From contig NC_068989.1 of the NCBI RefSeq assembly GCF_001194135.2, positions 545,147 to 609,146 of the forward strand: DNA of 64,000 nt. The letters run 5' to 3'. The notes beneath the pieces are model-generated. The model was given only the letters and a program-made list of their open reading frames with translations. It was not told the DNA's origin and did not search any database. The first letter of the stretch is position 1. Each line of letters begins with the position of its first letter. The translations under genes and the position numbers were made by a program. This document shows positions 49,313 to 63,146 of this stretch, piece after piece. This stretch comes from Octopus bimaculoides (lineage: Eukaryota).

Positions 49313-51241
49313 TAACTTGCCATTTAATATTGTAGTCTTTAGATTAATAAAAACAAATAAATAAATGAATAAATGTACTCTTATAAAGATTTGTTATGAG
49401 CAGACGATGTATACATACCTCATCATATTACAAGTAATATAGGGGGAAGAGAGAGGGGGAGGGAAGTAACTGCGTGAGTGTGGGTGTGAGTGTCTGGGGC
49501 TTCGAATGGAACAGGCATTGAAACAGTGTTTAATGGTTTTCGAGTAATTTTCAATAAAATCAAGTCTTTAGAGATGTATTAAAGACAATAAGAAAAAAGA
49601 AACCAAAAGCTTTTCCCACTCATTATACGTAAGAATTTAGTGTGACAACACAACAGAATCGGCCGGGCATTTGATATAACAATAAAGTTAAATCCAGAAA
49701 CAATGTGTTATAGAAGTGGCATTGTAGCCACTAAATCACATGCACTAATCCTTTTGTAATGATATACAATCATTCATGTTTAGAAGGTAAGATGACTCAC
49801 CAAGACGCCAGTGAGTCAAACTTAAGATACATAGAGTTCTAGTAGAGATAGCCATGGAGTGGAGAGCAACTCGAAAGCAATTCCAGACAAAAAGAAATAC
49901 ATCACGAATAAGGCAAAAGTATATCAAGTAATCGGCACAACATCCAATAACAGAAAAACAATCCTGGAAACTAATTCTAAGTACACTCCACATGACCAGC
50001 TTTGGTTCACCATCAAAGGCTAGCAAATTAGTGGATAATAAAGCAGACGGAACATAGCAGCCAGTATGCAGCGTTGAACCCAACATTGGGAATGGTTAAT
50101 GTAACCCAAGACTTTAATGGCCCAAGCACTGGGAGTTTTAGAATCTGACAAACTTTGGTTTTTTTACCACTTCAGTGTCATCAAATCTACTCAAGCAGAA
50201 CGGACCAAAGACACTCAACAAACGCGCACATACACACACACACACAAACATATACACACACAAACACACATACATAAACAATCACGCACATACATACATA
50301 CATACATACATACATACATACATACATACATACATACATACATACAATCCTGCAGTCCTGCAGTCCCATTATAAGAGGAAATCTAATTGATGTCAGTGAT
50401 GTCTTACTGTAAATGTCTTACCTGGAAACACGACCAAGTATTTGTAGAAGACATGACTCAGAAGTTGACTGTCTAAAATGTAATCAATTCAAAGAAACCA
50501 ACGCGTAAATAAAGGAACAAATAAATAGCTAAATGATGCGAAAACCGTGCAGCGCAATTTGAAGTTTGCTGCAAATTCCATTTGATACAAACTTTGACAA
50601 ATGTATGGCAAAGCATACGAGTTTGCCTATGACGCAATAATAGAGGGGCGTAATGTGGGGCCTGCTGTAGACTGGTTGATACAAATCTTGGCATTTGTGC
50701 TACAAAGTTTTCGAATTTTCCAATGCTGAGAATGTCTAAAGTAAATGACATCTTCAATACGTTCAAGGAAGTAAGTTGTAAGATAAAATCTAGGGAGGCA
50801 TATTTTGCAGTCGTTCATAACGGCTTCAAGCTGTTGCAAATGCCATTATGATATAAAAACTCAAGTGTCTTTATATAGAAACATTATAAATACTTGCATT
50901 CTGCTTTGTGCAGAGCCCAAAACAAAATAATACACACCTTAACACAATGCTGCTGAAGCGGTTTATGCAATTCAAGATATTTGACCGTGTCCCAGTGAAA
51001 ACCTCACATTTCTTGAGTTCAAATGCACCCAGAATCCACCTTATATTTCATCTCTTTCTCTTGTCAATAAAAGAGGCAGAAAGTCGACCGGCTTTATTCA
51101 TTAAAGATTCGAAGAATTGTTTGAGCAGGAGAAAGTGTCTGCGATACTTAGATACAGACATCTACGACCCAAGTTCAAATCCTACCGAAGTTAACTTTAC
51201 TTTTCATCTTTCTGGAGTAAAATAAAATATAAAATAGTAAT

Positions 51242-51633
51242 CAGGAGTGGCTGTGTGGTAAATAGCTTGCTTACCAACCACATGGTTCTGGGTTCAGTCC
51301 CACTGCGTGGCACCTTGGGCAAATGTCTTCTACTATAGCCTCGGGCCGACCAAAGCCTTGTAAGTGGATTTGGTAGACGGAAACTGAAAGTCCGTCGTAT
51401 ATATGTATGTATGTGTGTGTTTGTGTGTCTATGTTTGTCCCCGCCCCCAACATTGCTTGACAACCGATGCTGGTGTGTTTATGTCCCCGTAACTTAGCGG
51501 TTAGGCAAAAGAGACCGATAGAATAAGTACTAGGCTTACAAAGAATAAGTCCTGGGGTCGATTTGCTCGACTAAAGGCGGTGCTCCAGCATGGCCGTAGT
51601 CAAATGACTGAAACAAGTAAAAGAGTAAAAGAG
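51242..51633 (+). mobile_element. SINE family A, full length
   Basis: Near-identical to 62732-63146. Confidence 0.93.
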
Positions 51634-51639
51634 TTCCAT

Positions 51640-52130
51640 TACTTAATGAAGTTACCTCATTACTTTCTGTTTGCTTAACCTTGGTCACAACAAAAATACC
51701 AGAAAAGCTATGACTCGTGGCCTGCACCGATTCTGGCATTAAAGTCGTCCAGAATAGCGAGTTGTTCCTTGCTAGAGACGCAGATGACGTATGATGAGGG
51801 ATCCTCGTAGAATTCGTCTTGCGTCTGGTGTGAAGAACAGTGTCGGGGTATGCATGCTGTTACGGGTGATTGGGCCTTCCATGGTGTTTAGACGCAGAAC
51901 CAGGAGCTACCCTGAGCCGTTGCTGGTTAGTGCAACAGGTTGTTCATTACTATGAAACCATCTCTAAAATTCCTCCTACAGTCATATGCAAATATACTGT
52001 CAGTTGCACTGTACCAAATCTGGTGACAACTATGTTGAAACAACAGAGCAGTTGAAGCTGGTTGTTGATGTGGATATGTGAATGAGCACGCACGTAGTAG
52101 GCAGGCGGTCGGACAGAAGCCTGTGCGGCA
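51640..52130 (-). mobile_element. RTE LINE apurinic-like endonuclease remnant
   Basis: DEFYEDPSS...KEQLAILDDFNARIGAGHES (cf. GDFNARVG) and GFIVMNNLL. Confidence 0.8.
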
Positions 52131-52456
52131 TTTCCACTTCTCTGGTGAATCTAAAAGAAGGTAAAAAGGTTGTGGATAACAAGGAACTGCCTTAAGGGTT
52201 CGAGCCCTACGGCAGGCAAGCAATTCGTTTCCTCTGAGTCATTTGAAATGGAAAATGAAGTGACATGTACAATGACACAGCAGAGAATCGAAACTATGAC
52301 CTTAGGATCATGGGTTCAATCTCTAGCCACTTGGCCATCGCCCAGACACATATACATGTCTGTGTATATATGCATCGTTCTATGTATGCGTACATATATG
52401 TATAATGTATATGTGTGTATGTTTGTGTGTTTGTGTGTATGTGTGTATGTGTGTGA

Positions 52457-52776
52457 AGACGCATGGCTTAGTGGTTAGGGTTTTCGGCTCACAATCGTAA
52501 AGTCATGAGTTCAATTCCCGGCGGTACGTTGTGTCCTTGAGCAAGACACTTTATTTCACATTGCTCCAGTCCACTCACCTAGCAAAAATGAGTTGCACCT
52601 GTAATTCAAAGGGCCAGCACTGTCACGTTCTGTGTCACACTGAATCGCCCTGAGAACTACTTTAGAAGTATCCGTGTCTGTGGAGTGCTCAGCCACTTGC
52701 ACGTTAATTTCACAAGCAGACTGTTCCGTGGAGCACACGTCGTGGAGCACTCGTCGTCGTAACCGACGGAGTGCCA
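52457..52776 (+). mobile_element. SINE family B (CpGs retained)
   Basis: GCATGGCTTAGTGGTTAGG...GAGTTCAATTCCCGG...GTGTCCTTGAGCAAGACACTTTATTTCAC. Confidence 0.85.
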
Positions 52777-52949
52777 GTTATATATATATNNNNNNNNNNN
52801 NNNNNNNNNNNNNNNNNNNNNNNNNNNNNNNNNNNNNNNNNNNNNNNNNNNNNNNNNNNNNNNNNNNNNNNNNNNNNNNNNNNNNNNNNNNNNNNNNNNN
52901 NNNNNNNNNNNNNNNNNNNNNNNNNNNNNNNNNNNNNNTATATATACAT

Positions 52950-52983
<34 letters not shown>

Positions 52984-55278
52984 TACACACACACTGCAGT
53001 AATAAAGACTTGTCCCATTGTCTATGTGACTAGATTGACGAGATAAGCAAACTCATCATCAAACACCAACACAGATCCACACACAAAGTAAATACTTATA
53101 AAACATCTAGAAATACATCTTCAATATTCCTCTCTCAGTACAAACACAAGATCACAGTGGGAAGCAGCAGTTACTCACTGACCCTATTATTGTTACCAAG
53201 GTTACCGTGTACTAGATGACACTCGACGAGATCGGAATATTATGACAGCTGTTTTATTCGGCCAAAGAAGATAACTTAGGCTATCTTTACGTAGGACGGG
53301 GTGGGAGGCAGTTATGGCAAACTATAAGATACACTCTTAGACGAGCCAATTAGGCAAACCTCTATATGATCGCTTGACCTACCAGAAAGAGCAGTCAAAT
53401 CTCTTTCAAATCACACACCTTTTCGTCTTAAACGAAGAAAAGCCTCATTAGGTAATTTGGGGCGGCATATCCTGAAACAACTAGGTAGTCATTACTGGAA
53501 CATCGGTACTCGATCCGTGTTGATAACTTTCAGAATGCGGTGTCACAGACCATTTTGAAATCTAATTATGCCGTTGGCATTTCTCTTCCTCATTAAGTCG
53601 TTATTGTTCGTCATTTTAAAACTGCTAAATGATTACCTTGAAAACTAAAAATCAAGGATTTCAGAATATTCTTTTGCAGGAATATACATTTACAGGAATC
53701 ACTCCTTTTTGCTTCCAGTGCCACTTCATATTGAGAAGGGATAAAACAACATTAAAAATATAGAGAGTCCAATCTATATACACACACGCGCATATATGTG
53801 AAGTCTATAAGTTTAGAAACAATCTTTCGTGAAGATTATTTGGGGGACAATTTCAACCTAAGATTATCCTGTTAAAATCCACGCAGAAAATTTATGCAAA
53901 GAAAAGCTTTACTGAAACTATTAGAGTAAAGTCCGATGTCCTCCTATAAATGGTGTCAAGCAATACCGTCGTATGACGACATTCATTTCAGAAAACAAAA
54001 ATATATTTACAACGAAAGTATATTTGCCTAAAGACAAAATCTAAGCGGCATTTCAAAGACTGTTTACATTAACAAATAAAAAGTTTTTTCTTCTAGACAA
54101 AAGATAAATCCATTACTTCACTATAGAATAAGATAATTCCAGATATACGGTACTTATATATATCAGTAATAATAAAAGGGTAAATTAGTTAATCATTCAA
54201 TCAATTAATTAATTAATTAATAATTATTTAACCAAGTAGTTCGGTACATTAAAATAACCTTTTTAGGTAAAATTATACAAATATTCTGTAAATGCATGTC
54301 GTTTGAAAGGTATTTATACAAAAATTTCATTAAATAATATTTATTTTCCTCAAAGTTATGGGCAAATACCTCGGATCTTGTGAATTTTCCGAAGTCCTCT
54401 CTCCACCTCCACCCACCCCCACCCCCATTGCTTTCTACGCATTTTTGTTTTCATATTTGTTTCCTACACATTTTTTTTACACTCGTTGCACTATTTTTTT
54501 TTTTCATTTCGTTTCCGGGTAATATTGTAAACATTAACCAAATATTTTTTCAATAAGAAACATTTTAATGTGGGTGTGCATGCGTATATGTATGTATGTA
54601 TGTATGTAGGCATGGATGCATGTATGTATGTACACAATAATAAACAATCGTGAGCAAAATTACACAACGACATGACGGTTTACGTGTAACGTAAAACAAA
54701 ATAGGAAAGTAGGGATTTCTGGTTCAAGATGATAAATTTAGAGTTGAATTTAAGACAATGAGATCTACGACGTAACCGGTCCCTGACCCCAGAATAATTA
54801 GAAGCAAGGATGAACCTAGTGCAATAAACTGTTTAATCTTATACAAATTATTTTAACAATTATTTTTATATAATTCTTTATAATATTTAATTATAATAAT
54901 AGAATGTTTTTTCTTTAATAAAAACATCAAATGACTATGAGAGTTTAGCTAAAATAGGAATCAAAGGAGTCTATATGCAAAAAATGGTTGAGTACCACTG
55001 CTCAACTGTGTGCTTGTTTGAGAAGCTCTCAAAGCGACTAAATCTTTTTGGGGTTTTATTTTCCATTTCTGTCCAGTGCAAAGGGTATTTCCAAGGAAAT
55101 AATCTTTTTTTTATTTCTTTGTTTCTGTTATATTATTTTTTTTTACCTTCTTTTATGTAACCCCACACTATCGTTCTGCATCATTCCCAAAGTCTTTGTC
55201 AACCTTAAGTAGTTGCTTTATAAATATCATTATTAGCAGGTCGGGCTTAGCGGAGTTTCGTTCGTCGTCACATTCTGA

Positions 55279-56354
55279 GTTTTGTCTGAAGTCTTTCAGT
55301 ATGATGTCTGGCCTATTCGCATCTATCTTCCTGTCAGTTTAAAAGGTGAAATTCCAGAGGAGTGAGATGTGATCATTTTCAAGCACTGAAGGTGGTTTGT
55401 GTTCCCACTAGTTTTTATCATGGGGCAGGTCCAGGCTTTTGTAAATTACCCAGTGAATATATTGTGCTGCTCTATCATGCTTGTTGAGATACTCTGTAGG
55501 CGCAAGAAGACTGCACATGGAGACACCATGATCAATGATCTCATTTTGTTGTTGACATACACAACATGTTGGGCTACTGCCGTTCTTTAATATGTTGGCC
55601 TGGTAGTTCCTTGTAGGTAGGCATTGCTCTTGGACTACTATGATAAACCCTTTTATTTCTGATTTTAAGCCAGAAGACACTAACCATTGATGGGTAAGGG
55701 TTTTGTCAACATCGGGACTATTAGCTCTCTTTGGGTATTTACCATTTGGAGGGGGTTTTTTGCCATTTATCAATAAGAATATCTAAGGCAGCAGTTTTAG
55801 CAAGGGTTTTCATACGCTTAGAGTTTTCTGTGCTTGTTTCTAGTATGTCTAATTCTGCAATTTGTTGTATTTGGAATTCACTTAGACTTTTAATATTAGC
55901 GGTTTTGTGGCATTTTTTACACACCATGCTATGTTGTTTTCTTCTGCGCTAATGCTGTGTTTGCATCCAATAAGTCCTCTGCCCCCTCTTTTTCTTGGTA
56001 CATACAGTCTGTGTCACTTTTTGGGTGGAGTGTCCCATATCCAGTTAGCAACTTCTTTGTCTTTCTGTCTAAGATGTTTAGTTCGTCTATTGTCCACGTG
56101 ATTACCCTTGCTCCATATCTAAGGAGTGAAACCGCGCAGGTGTTGATAGCTTCGATCTTATTCCGTCCGTTTAATTTCGACTTAAGGATCAGTCTCAGTC
56201 TGCGCAAGTACTCCACCTTAAATTTTTCTGTCATTTCTTTCTCCATCAATTTATCCATTTCCAATATCCCCAAGTACTTATAGCCCGTCTCTTCTAACTG
56301 CTTCATAACCTCTCCCGACGGTATCGTTAGCCCGTCCATACATTTGACTTTGCC
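55279..56354 (-). mobile_element. R4/Dong-like RLE retrotransposon remnant
   Basis: GYKYLGILE, KSKLNGRNKIEAIN, LHPKSD, SGLKSE, CCVCQQQNEIIDHGVSMC...HD (CCHC region) and NRPDIILKD (RLE); the 5' junction abuts a (TAA)n array via a short (GA)n. Confidence 0.92.
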
Positions 56355-56364
56355 TCTCTCTCTC

Positions 56365-56838
<474 letters not shown>

Positions 56839-57654
56839 CTGAGTAAGTGAGAATAAGCACAGACCAAACACATCGAATGATACTTGAACCAAACACGTTA
56901 CTGCCTTTTTTGAACAGTGTGTCCTCGATGGCTTATGCCTGATATTGAGATGAACTGGTTATGGTTGGAAGGCCTTTGGTAACTGGACTTTTGGATCAGG
57001 TCAGACATTCTAGTTAAAGCAACAACAAAGGATCGCTTGAAACGTATACGCGCGTGCGTGCGTGCGTGCGTGTGTGCGTGTGAGCGTGTTAGCAATTAAA
57101 GAGTGAAGTGCAAACTGTCTCAGCTAACTTCTCCATCTCAATAGAAGCATTAATACCAAACAGTCCGTCTCCGTTTAGCAAAACCGACCAATTTTCAAAA
57201 GATGCTGACGATTTCGTGTGGAACTATAAGCTTGTTTGGGCGTTTTCAAAATCCTCTTCGTGATACTCTCGAGATTTAGAGAAAATATTAATGTATGTCT
57301 ACGTGTGTGTATTGTATAGCCGTGTGCGTGTGTGTGTGTGCGTGCGCGCGCGTGTGTATTATATAGCTATGTAAATGCAAATGTTTGTACGCTATGTATG
57401 TGTACACGTGTGCACTATATACGTATGCATAGTTTTATTCACTTTTTTATTCTATATGTGTGGTTACATGCAACATGTGTGTGCGTGCGTATGTGTGTGT
57501 GCGTGTACAGGTGCATGTGTGTGTGTGATGTGTGTGTGCATATGTGAGTGTGTAGTTTTAAATATTTCAGACATCACTGGGCTTGGAGTATTTTTTTATT
57601 TATACCATGATTATCCCTTAACAAAGTGTGTACGTATGTGTATGTGTGTGTGAG

Positions 57655-57732
57655 AGAGAGAGGGAGGATATGCGTGAGAGAGGGAGGATATGCGTGAGAG
57701 AGGGAGGATATGCGTGAGAGAGGGGGATATGC
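57655..57732. repeat. 20-bp minisatellite AGGGAGGATATGCGTGAGAG x~3.6
   Basis: Three exact units at 57661-57720 plus a partial unit. Confidence 0.95.
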
Positions 57733-59403
57733 ACACTGAAGTGCTTCTATGCTTATCTCTGAGCTCGTCTCTATGTTCTGGTGAAGTTATAACCTTAACA
57801 CTAACCCCACAGATATGGCAAAATGTCGATGTCCATCACATTTCTATGACTTTCAAGTGTTTTAACACCCAGCATTATTCGGGAATCATCCTCAAAGCAC
57901 TATACCGCAGAGAACCGTTGAACAAACAAAACGGTTTCCGAGCTTTAGTCACATCGATTGAAGTTGATACTCAATAACCGTGTTAATATTAGTTTAAGTA
58001 TTGAACACCTAAAAGGCAAAATGTCGGCTCTCTTCAAGTCGAGAATATAAACCCAGTTTCTTGTTTTTGGATTGTACTTGTATTCCACACACACAGACAC
58101 ACACACACTTATGTGCATATATGTATGTATGTATGTATAATATATATATATATATATATATATANNNNNNNNNNNNNNNNNNNNNNNNNNNNNNNNNNNN
58201 NNNNNNNNNNGATCTTATATATATATAATAAAAACAGATGAATGGGTTATCTGGTATTGCTACAATTGTTTCGTTAAGTGTCTTTATTGTGACATAAAGT
58301 GAGGTATGCAGTATGCACAACTCCCATAAGGTTACGTAATATGTTGCACAAATCTCAACTCATCAGGTTAACCAAATAAACAAGCAGCCCGTGACATTTT
58401 CATTAATCAGCAGATCATCAAGAAGTGGAATTTCTAATCTGAGTTACCAACATCTAAGAAATGTAAAGCAGGTGGGACTACAACCTGACAATCAACAAGG
58501 GTGGATAGCAGAGTGGTGCCGTAAATCAAAGAACAGTTAAAGATATTTCTATTCCAACGATGTCAAACTTCACAACCTTGTTTATCAAGACTTGAGATGA
58601 CAGAACTTGCGGACAGCAGGTGCCAAGCATGACATTTGATCCTATCAAAATATGTTCAAAGAACAACCGCTGAACCCATCCGTAAAAAAATTATACATTT
58701 ACAGTGTTATATTGTTTTGAAGTTATCTGCAATAAAGATTGGCCTGGTTAATAAATTCCAGCGTTACTTATACACTTAATTAATCTTAATAAAAGTGCTT
58801 TGATTAATTAGTACATAACTAATAGAATATTAGCTTTAATCAACGGAGAATTAGCTAATTATAATTCAAGGAGAATAACTTAAAGAAAACCGTAGTTCAG
58901 CGAAGTTTCCTCGAAATACCAGAGGAGTGAGAGGGGGGAGGATAAAGGAAAAGAAATAAAAGGGAAAGAATAAGATAAGTCAAATATAGAAAATGTTCAA
59001 CACATTGACAGGAAAGCGGTGTTGATGTAAGCGAATGACTATGCATCCTAAAGTATTATGCATCGAAAAAGTATTATAGGCAATCTGGACAACAAAGATT
59101 TTGCTACCGGATTAAAAGCATGTGTTTAAAAAGAAAACGTAAACACACGAAAGTCCGTAGAACTTACGTTTCTACCAACCAATATTGTCAGGATATTATT
59201 TAGAATAAAGCAAATCATTTAAAATCATATAATTATATAATCGAGCTAATGTCAGGGTGGGAATATTACGGGTAACATAATCCAGNNNNNNNNNNNNNNN
59301 NNNNNNNNNNNNNNNNNNNNNNNNNNNNNNNNNNNNNNNNNNNNNNNNNNNNNNNNNNNNNNNNNNNNNNNNNNNNNNNNNNNNNNNNNNNNNNNNNNNN
59401 NNN

Positions 59404-59504
59404 GGAGGAGGAGGAAGAGGAGGAGGAGGAGGAGGAGAAGAAGAAGAAGAAGAAGAAGAAGAAGAAGAAGAAGAAGAAGAAGAAGAAGAAGAAGAAGAAG
59501 AAGA
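59404..59504. repeat. (GGA)n/(GAA)n microsatellite
   Basis: Directly visible, adjacent to a gap. Confidence 0.97.
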
Positions 59505-59796
59505 ATTGCAATGGTGGCTTCTTGTATGAAGACGTAAATGTTGTCTTACTTTTCTGAAGTTATTTTCTGTTTTTTTATTTGCTTTAGTCCATGCTGGAGC
59601 ACCGTTTGAAAGGTTTAGTCGAACAAATCGACCAAAGGACTATTTTTGAAAAGCTTAGCGCTTATTCTAATCGGACTCTTTGCCGAAACGCTTAGTTATA
59701 TGGACGTAAACAAACCAACATCAGTTGTCAAGTGGTGGTGGGAGATAATCACAAGCACGCGCACTCACGCGCACACTCACACACACACACACACAC

Positions 59797-59829
<33 letters not shown>

Positions 59830-59834
59830 ACATA

Positions 59835-60725
59835 CATAGGGTGTTCAAGTTAAATCTGATGATTTCTTCTGTCTCCTTTTTTCAGGAACAACTTGAGGCA
59901 TCGGTGAACAGTCCACGGCGTTGGAGAGCATGACGAAGATTACAGTTGTGTTTGAGAGAAAGTCAGGTGACATGGAAGACTGGAAGCTATCTGAATGTTT
60001 GAAAAGAGTTACCTGTATCATGATGACTTGTGTCGAGTATCAAAAATGTCAACAACGTGACTGCTACTCGATGCTTTGTAAACACTGCAAAGGCTGTAAG
60101 ACATGGACAACTGCAACGTGGCGAGCGGGAAGGACACAGCAGGCGTTCTGACTGCGTCCGCACGCAGGAATTCATCCAACAGGACAAGGTCGTGGAAGAT
60201 CCGAGCAATGGAATCCAAGCTTGGGTAAGACGGGTCGGCATTGGAGTTGCTACCATGAATCTGGCCCTGAATGAGGATTTTCTTTACCGCTTGTACGAGA
60301 TTTGCAAGGAACAAACTCGAACAGCCAAGGAGAACCGCTTGACAAAGAAATTCATGAAGAAGCTGAGGCCTCTTGTTAATCCAGGGATGATCTGATTCTC
60401 CTCTGATGAAAAGAACTTCTGCCAGGACCGGTTGCACAACATCCCGAACAACATGTCGCTTACCAACAGTCCTTGTGATGTCTCACGTATCCTGAAAACC
60501 CAGATCACTCAAACTGCAATGGTGTTTGGATGTATCTCCAGTAGGGTGACGTCATGCCGCTCCACATCTTTGAGCAGGGCCTTAGACTCAATTCAGTTGG
60601 CTATGAGCAGCTGTTGGAGACTGCGGTCAAACCCGGGCTGGAGAGGGTTGCTACTGGAAAGCCTTATGTGTGGCAGCAGGATTCGGTTCCTTGCCATGTC
60701 TCTGGAAACAGAAGTGGTTGTCGTA
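59835..60725 (+). mobile_element. Tc1/mariner transposon remnant (maT/DD37D-like)
   Basis: SDEKNF (D1 codon at 60405), MVFGCISS, MPLHIFEQGLRLNS, and YVWQQDSVPCH (D2 codon at 60680); TIR-like start GGGTGTTCAAG. The third Asp region is lost, so subfamily is inferred. Confidence 0.85.
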
Positions 60726-61164
60726 GAACTATAAATATTGTTACATATAAACATCCTATGAATCCACATATGTCTTTAAAAGGGGCGCATTGGATAATGT
60801 ATTCTAGGAATACACTTTTAGTGAGGAAAAAAAACTGGTATAGTCGTGACTGGAATGTTTTTGAATAAAGGTCTGTTGCATTCTGGGATTAACGACAATA
60901 ACAATAAATAGTTGTCAAGTTGACAGCAGAATTTTGTTATTCATTTACGAATGTTGTTGGTATTTTGAGAGTTAAGTCTCAAAGCCAGTAGCTGGATACG
61001 AAACCCAGACCTTTCGACTGGTTGATCGGAGCCCCTAAAGTCTTGACCAACCACATTTTAATTTACCCAAATTATGGATTAATTAGTCATAAGAACGAGT
61101 TTAGCATAAAGAAATTAACATCACCAGAATCTCAAGAGACTATTGCGGTCTGCATCAGCACGTC

Positions 61165-61320
<156 letters not shown>

Positions 61321-62453
61321 TGTATGTACGTACAAAACAAGCCAAGCAAACTTTCTTTGGCTTTCCAAGCGGGAGAAAACTGGAAGCTGTCAGCCACTCA
61401 CACGGATATTTGAGTAATCTACAAGCAGACCTATTAAACATTACAAAAAAAAATAACAAAAAAAAAATTCAATGCATATTAACCCAGTTTTCATAAATAC
61501 TAAAAGAATTACGCTAACTCTCCAAGTATTATTCTACTTGAAAAGATCTACAATTGGTGTTATTGAACTTCCGATATCAGCCACCATCCCCGCCGTTCTT
61601 TAAACTCTAACCTACATTACCACAGAGAAGTCTATAGACTTCGTTGTGGCAATATATTGCTGTTACTTCTGTGGTCGCTTTCAATTTGTTGGTTGGGTGA
61701 GGGGCGTTCCTGTTCTTCCTGTTTTTGTCTTTTTACATTTTTTCAGCTGTTTGTGATGTACGCAAACGAATCTAGTTTGTTTTTGTTTATAGCTTCCAAT
61801 CTTGATAGAGAAGCTGAGTGACGAGCGAAACGATCCACAGTTCCTATTAAGTCACCAGTGTTGTGTTATAGCCATTGATTGAACACTTAACTCTCAAATA
61901 ACTTTAGAGCCCTTGCACAAACAAGAACAACGAAAAACACCGTATCACTACCAATGGACATAACGAACAACTGTCTCGCGAGTTTGCCATAGTACTGACT
62001 TCTTAATTGTGCCAAAAGCCAATATGATATGGGATTCAGTGACACTAACAAATAGATTTGGTTTCTTTTTGAATTTGTGTATTTGTTATACACAGAACAT
62101 ATTATCAAGTGGGGGCCTTGAATGAAGGCACGAGTCGTGAGCTCATACTCACAGCAGCTTTTGCTGAGTTATACAGTATGTTATTCTCTGCGTCTTACTG
62201 CATCAGGGTTTTGGAAACATGTATTAGATTTCCGGTGAATGTCGGCTCGAAACTTTCTACCCAGTTAAGTATTTCTCTCTCGTATACTCAACAATATTCA
62301 ATTCATAAGTAATCACCTGCTTTTCGAGCCCAAAGAGATATTGTACAAGAGATATATTTTTCATTATTTTGTTTTGTCAAGGGGTAGATGCTGTAACAAA
62401 AAAAAAACATTTCCGTTCCTGCACAGGTCCTTTTATTTCACTTATCTAACTCC

Positions 62454-62502
<49 letters not shown>

Positions 62503-62731
62503 CTGAAGCCCGTCTCTCTAATGACTTGTAAGTAGGTAAGATTATATTTATGATGCTTTGAATATTTTAGTTAAGCAGTCAAAATTACTGATTGCATGTC
62601 TTCTTATATAGACACCATGAGTAATCATAATAGATAAATGGTGAAGATGGTATCTAACAGCACTGATTTTTAATAATTAAATATCATGTACAGAAGTTGA
62701 TTAACTAAATTTCACTTAGAAAGTAAACAAC

Positions 62732-63146
62732 AGGCGCAGGAGTGGCTGTGTGGTAAGTAGCTTGCTTACCAGCCACATGGTTCCAGGTTCAGTCCCACTG
62801 CGTGGCACCTTGGGCAAGTGTCTTCTACTATAGCCTCGGGCCAACCAAAGCCTTGTAAGTGGATTTGGTAGATGGAAACTGAAAGAAGCCTGTCGTATAT
62901 ATATATATGTATGTGTGTGCATGTGTTTGTGTCTGTGTTTGTCCCCCCCCCCCAACATCGCTTGACAACTGATGGTGTGTTTACGTCCTCGTAACGTTGC
63001 CGTTCGGCAAAAAAGACCGATAGAATAGATACTAGGATTACAAAGAATAAGTCCTGGGGTCGATTTACTCGACTAAAGGCGGTGCTCCAGCATGGCCGCA
63101 GTCAAATGACTGAAACAAGTAAAAGAGTAAAAGATTAAAAGAGTAA
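62732..63146 (+). mobile_element. SINE family A, full length
   Basis: tRNA-like head AGGCGCAGGAGTGGCTGTGTGGTAAG...GGTTCAGTCCC, internal (TG)n, tail GACTGAAACAAGTAAAAGAGTAAAAG. Confidence 0.93.

Noticed and set aside
57655-57732. Direct repeats considered as CRISPR-like
   Set aside because: Contiguous units with no spacers, in eukaryotic context; an ordinary minisatellite.
58330-58372. Minus-strand CTGATGA-GTTG...CAAC-ATATTACGTA hammerhead-like motif
   Set aside because: The GAAA core is absent; at best a dead remnant.
61812-61835. CTGAGTGACGAGCGAAACGATCC hammerhead-like string
   Set aside because: Core spacing is wrong and there is no stem II or stem I pairing.
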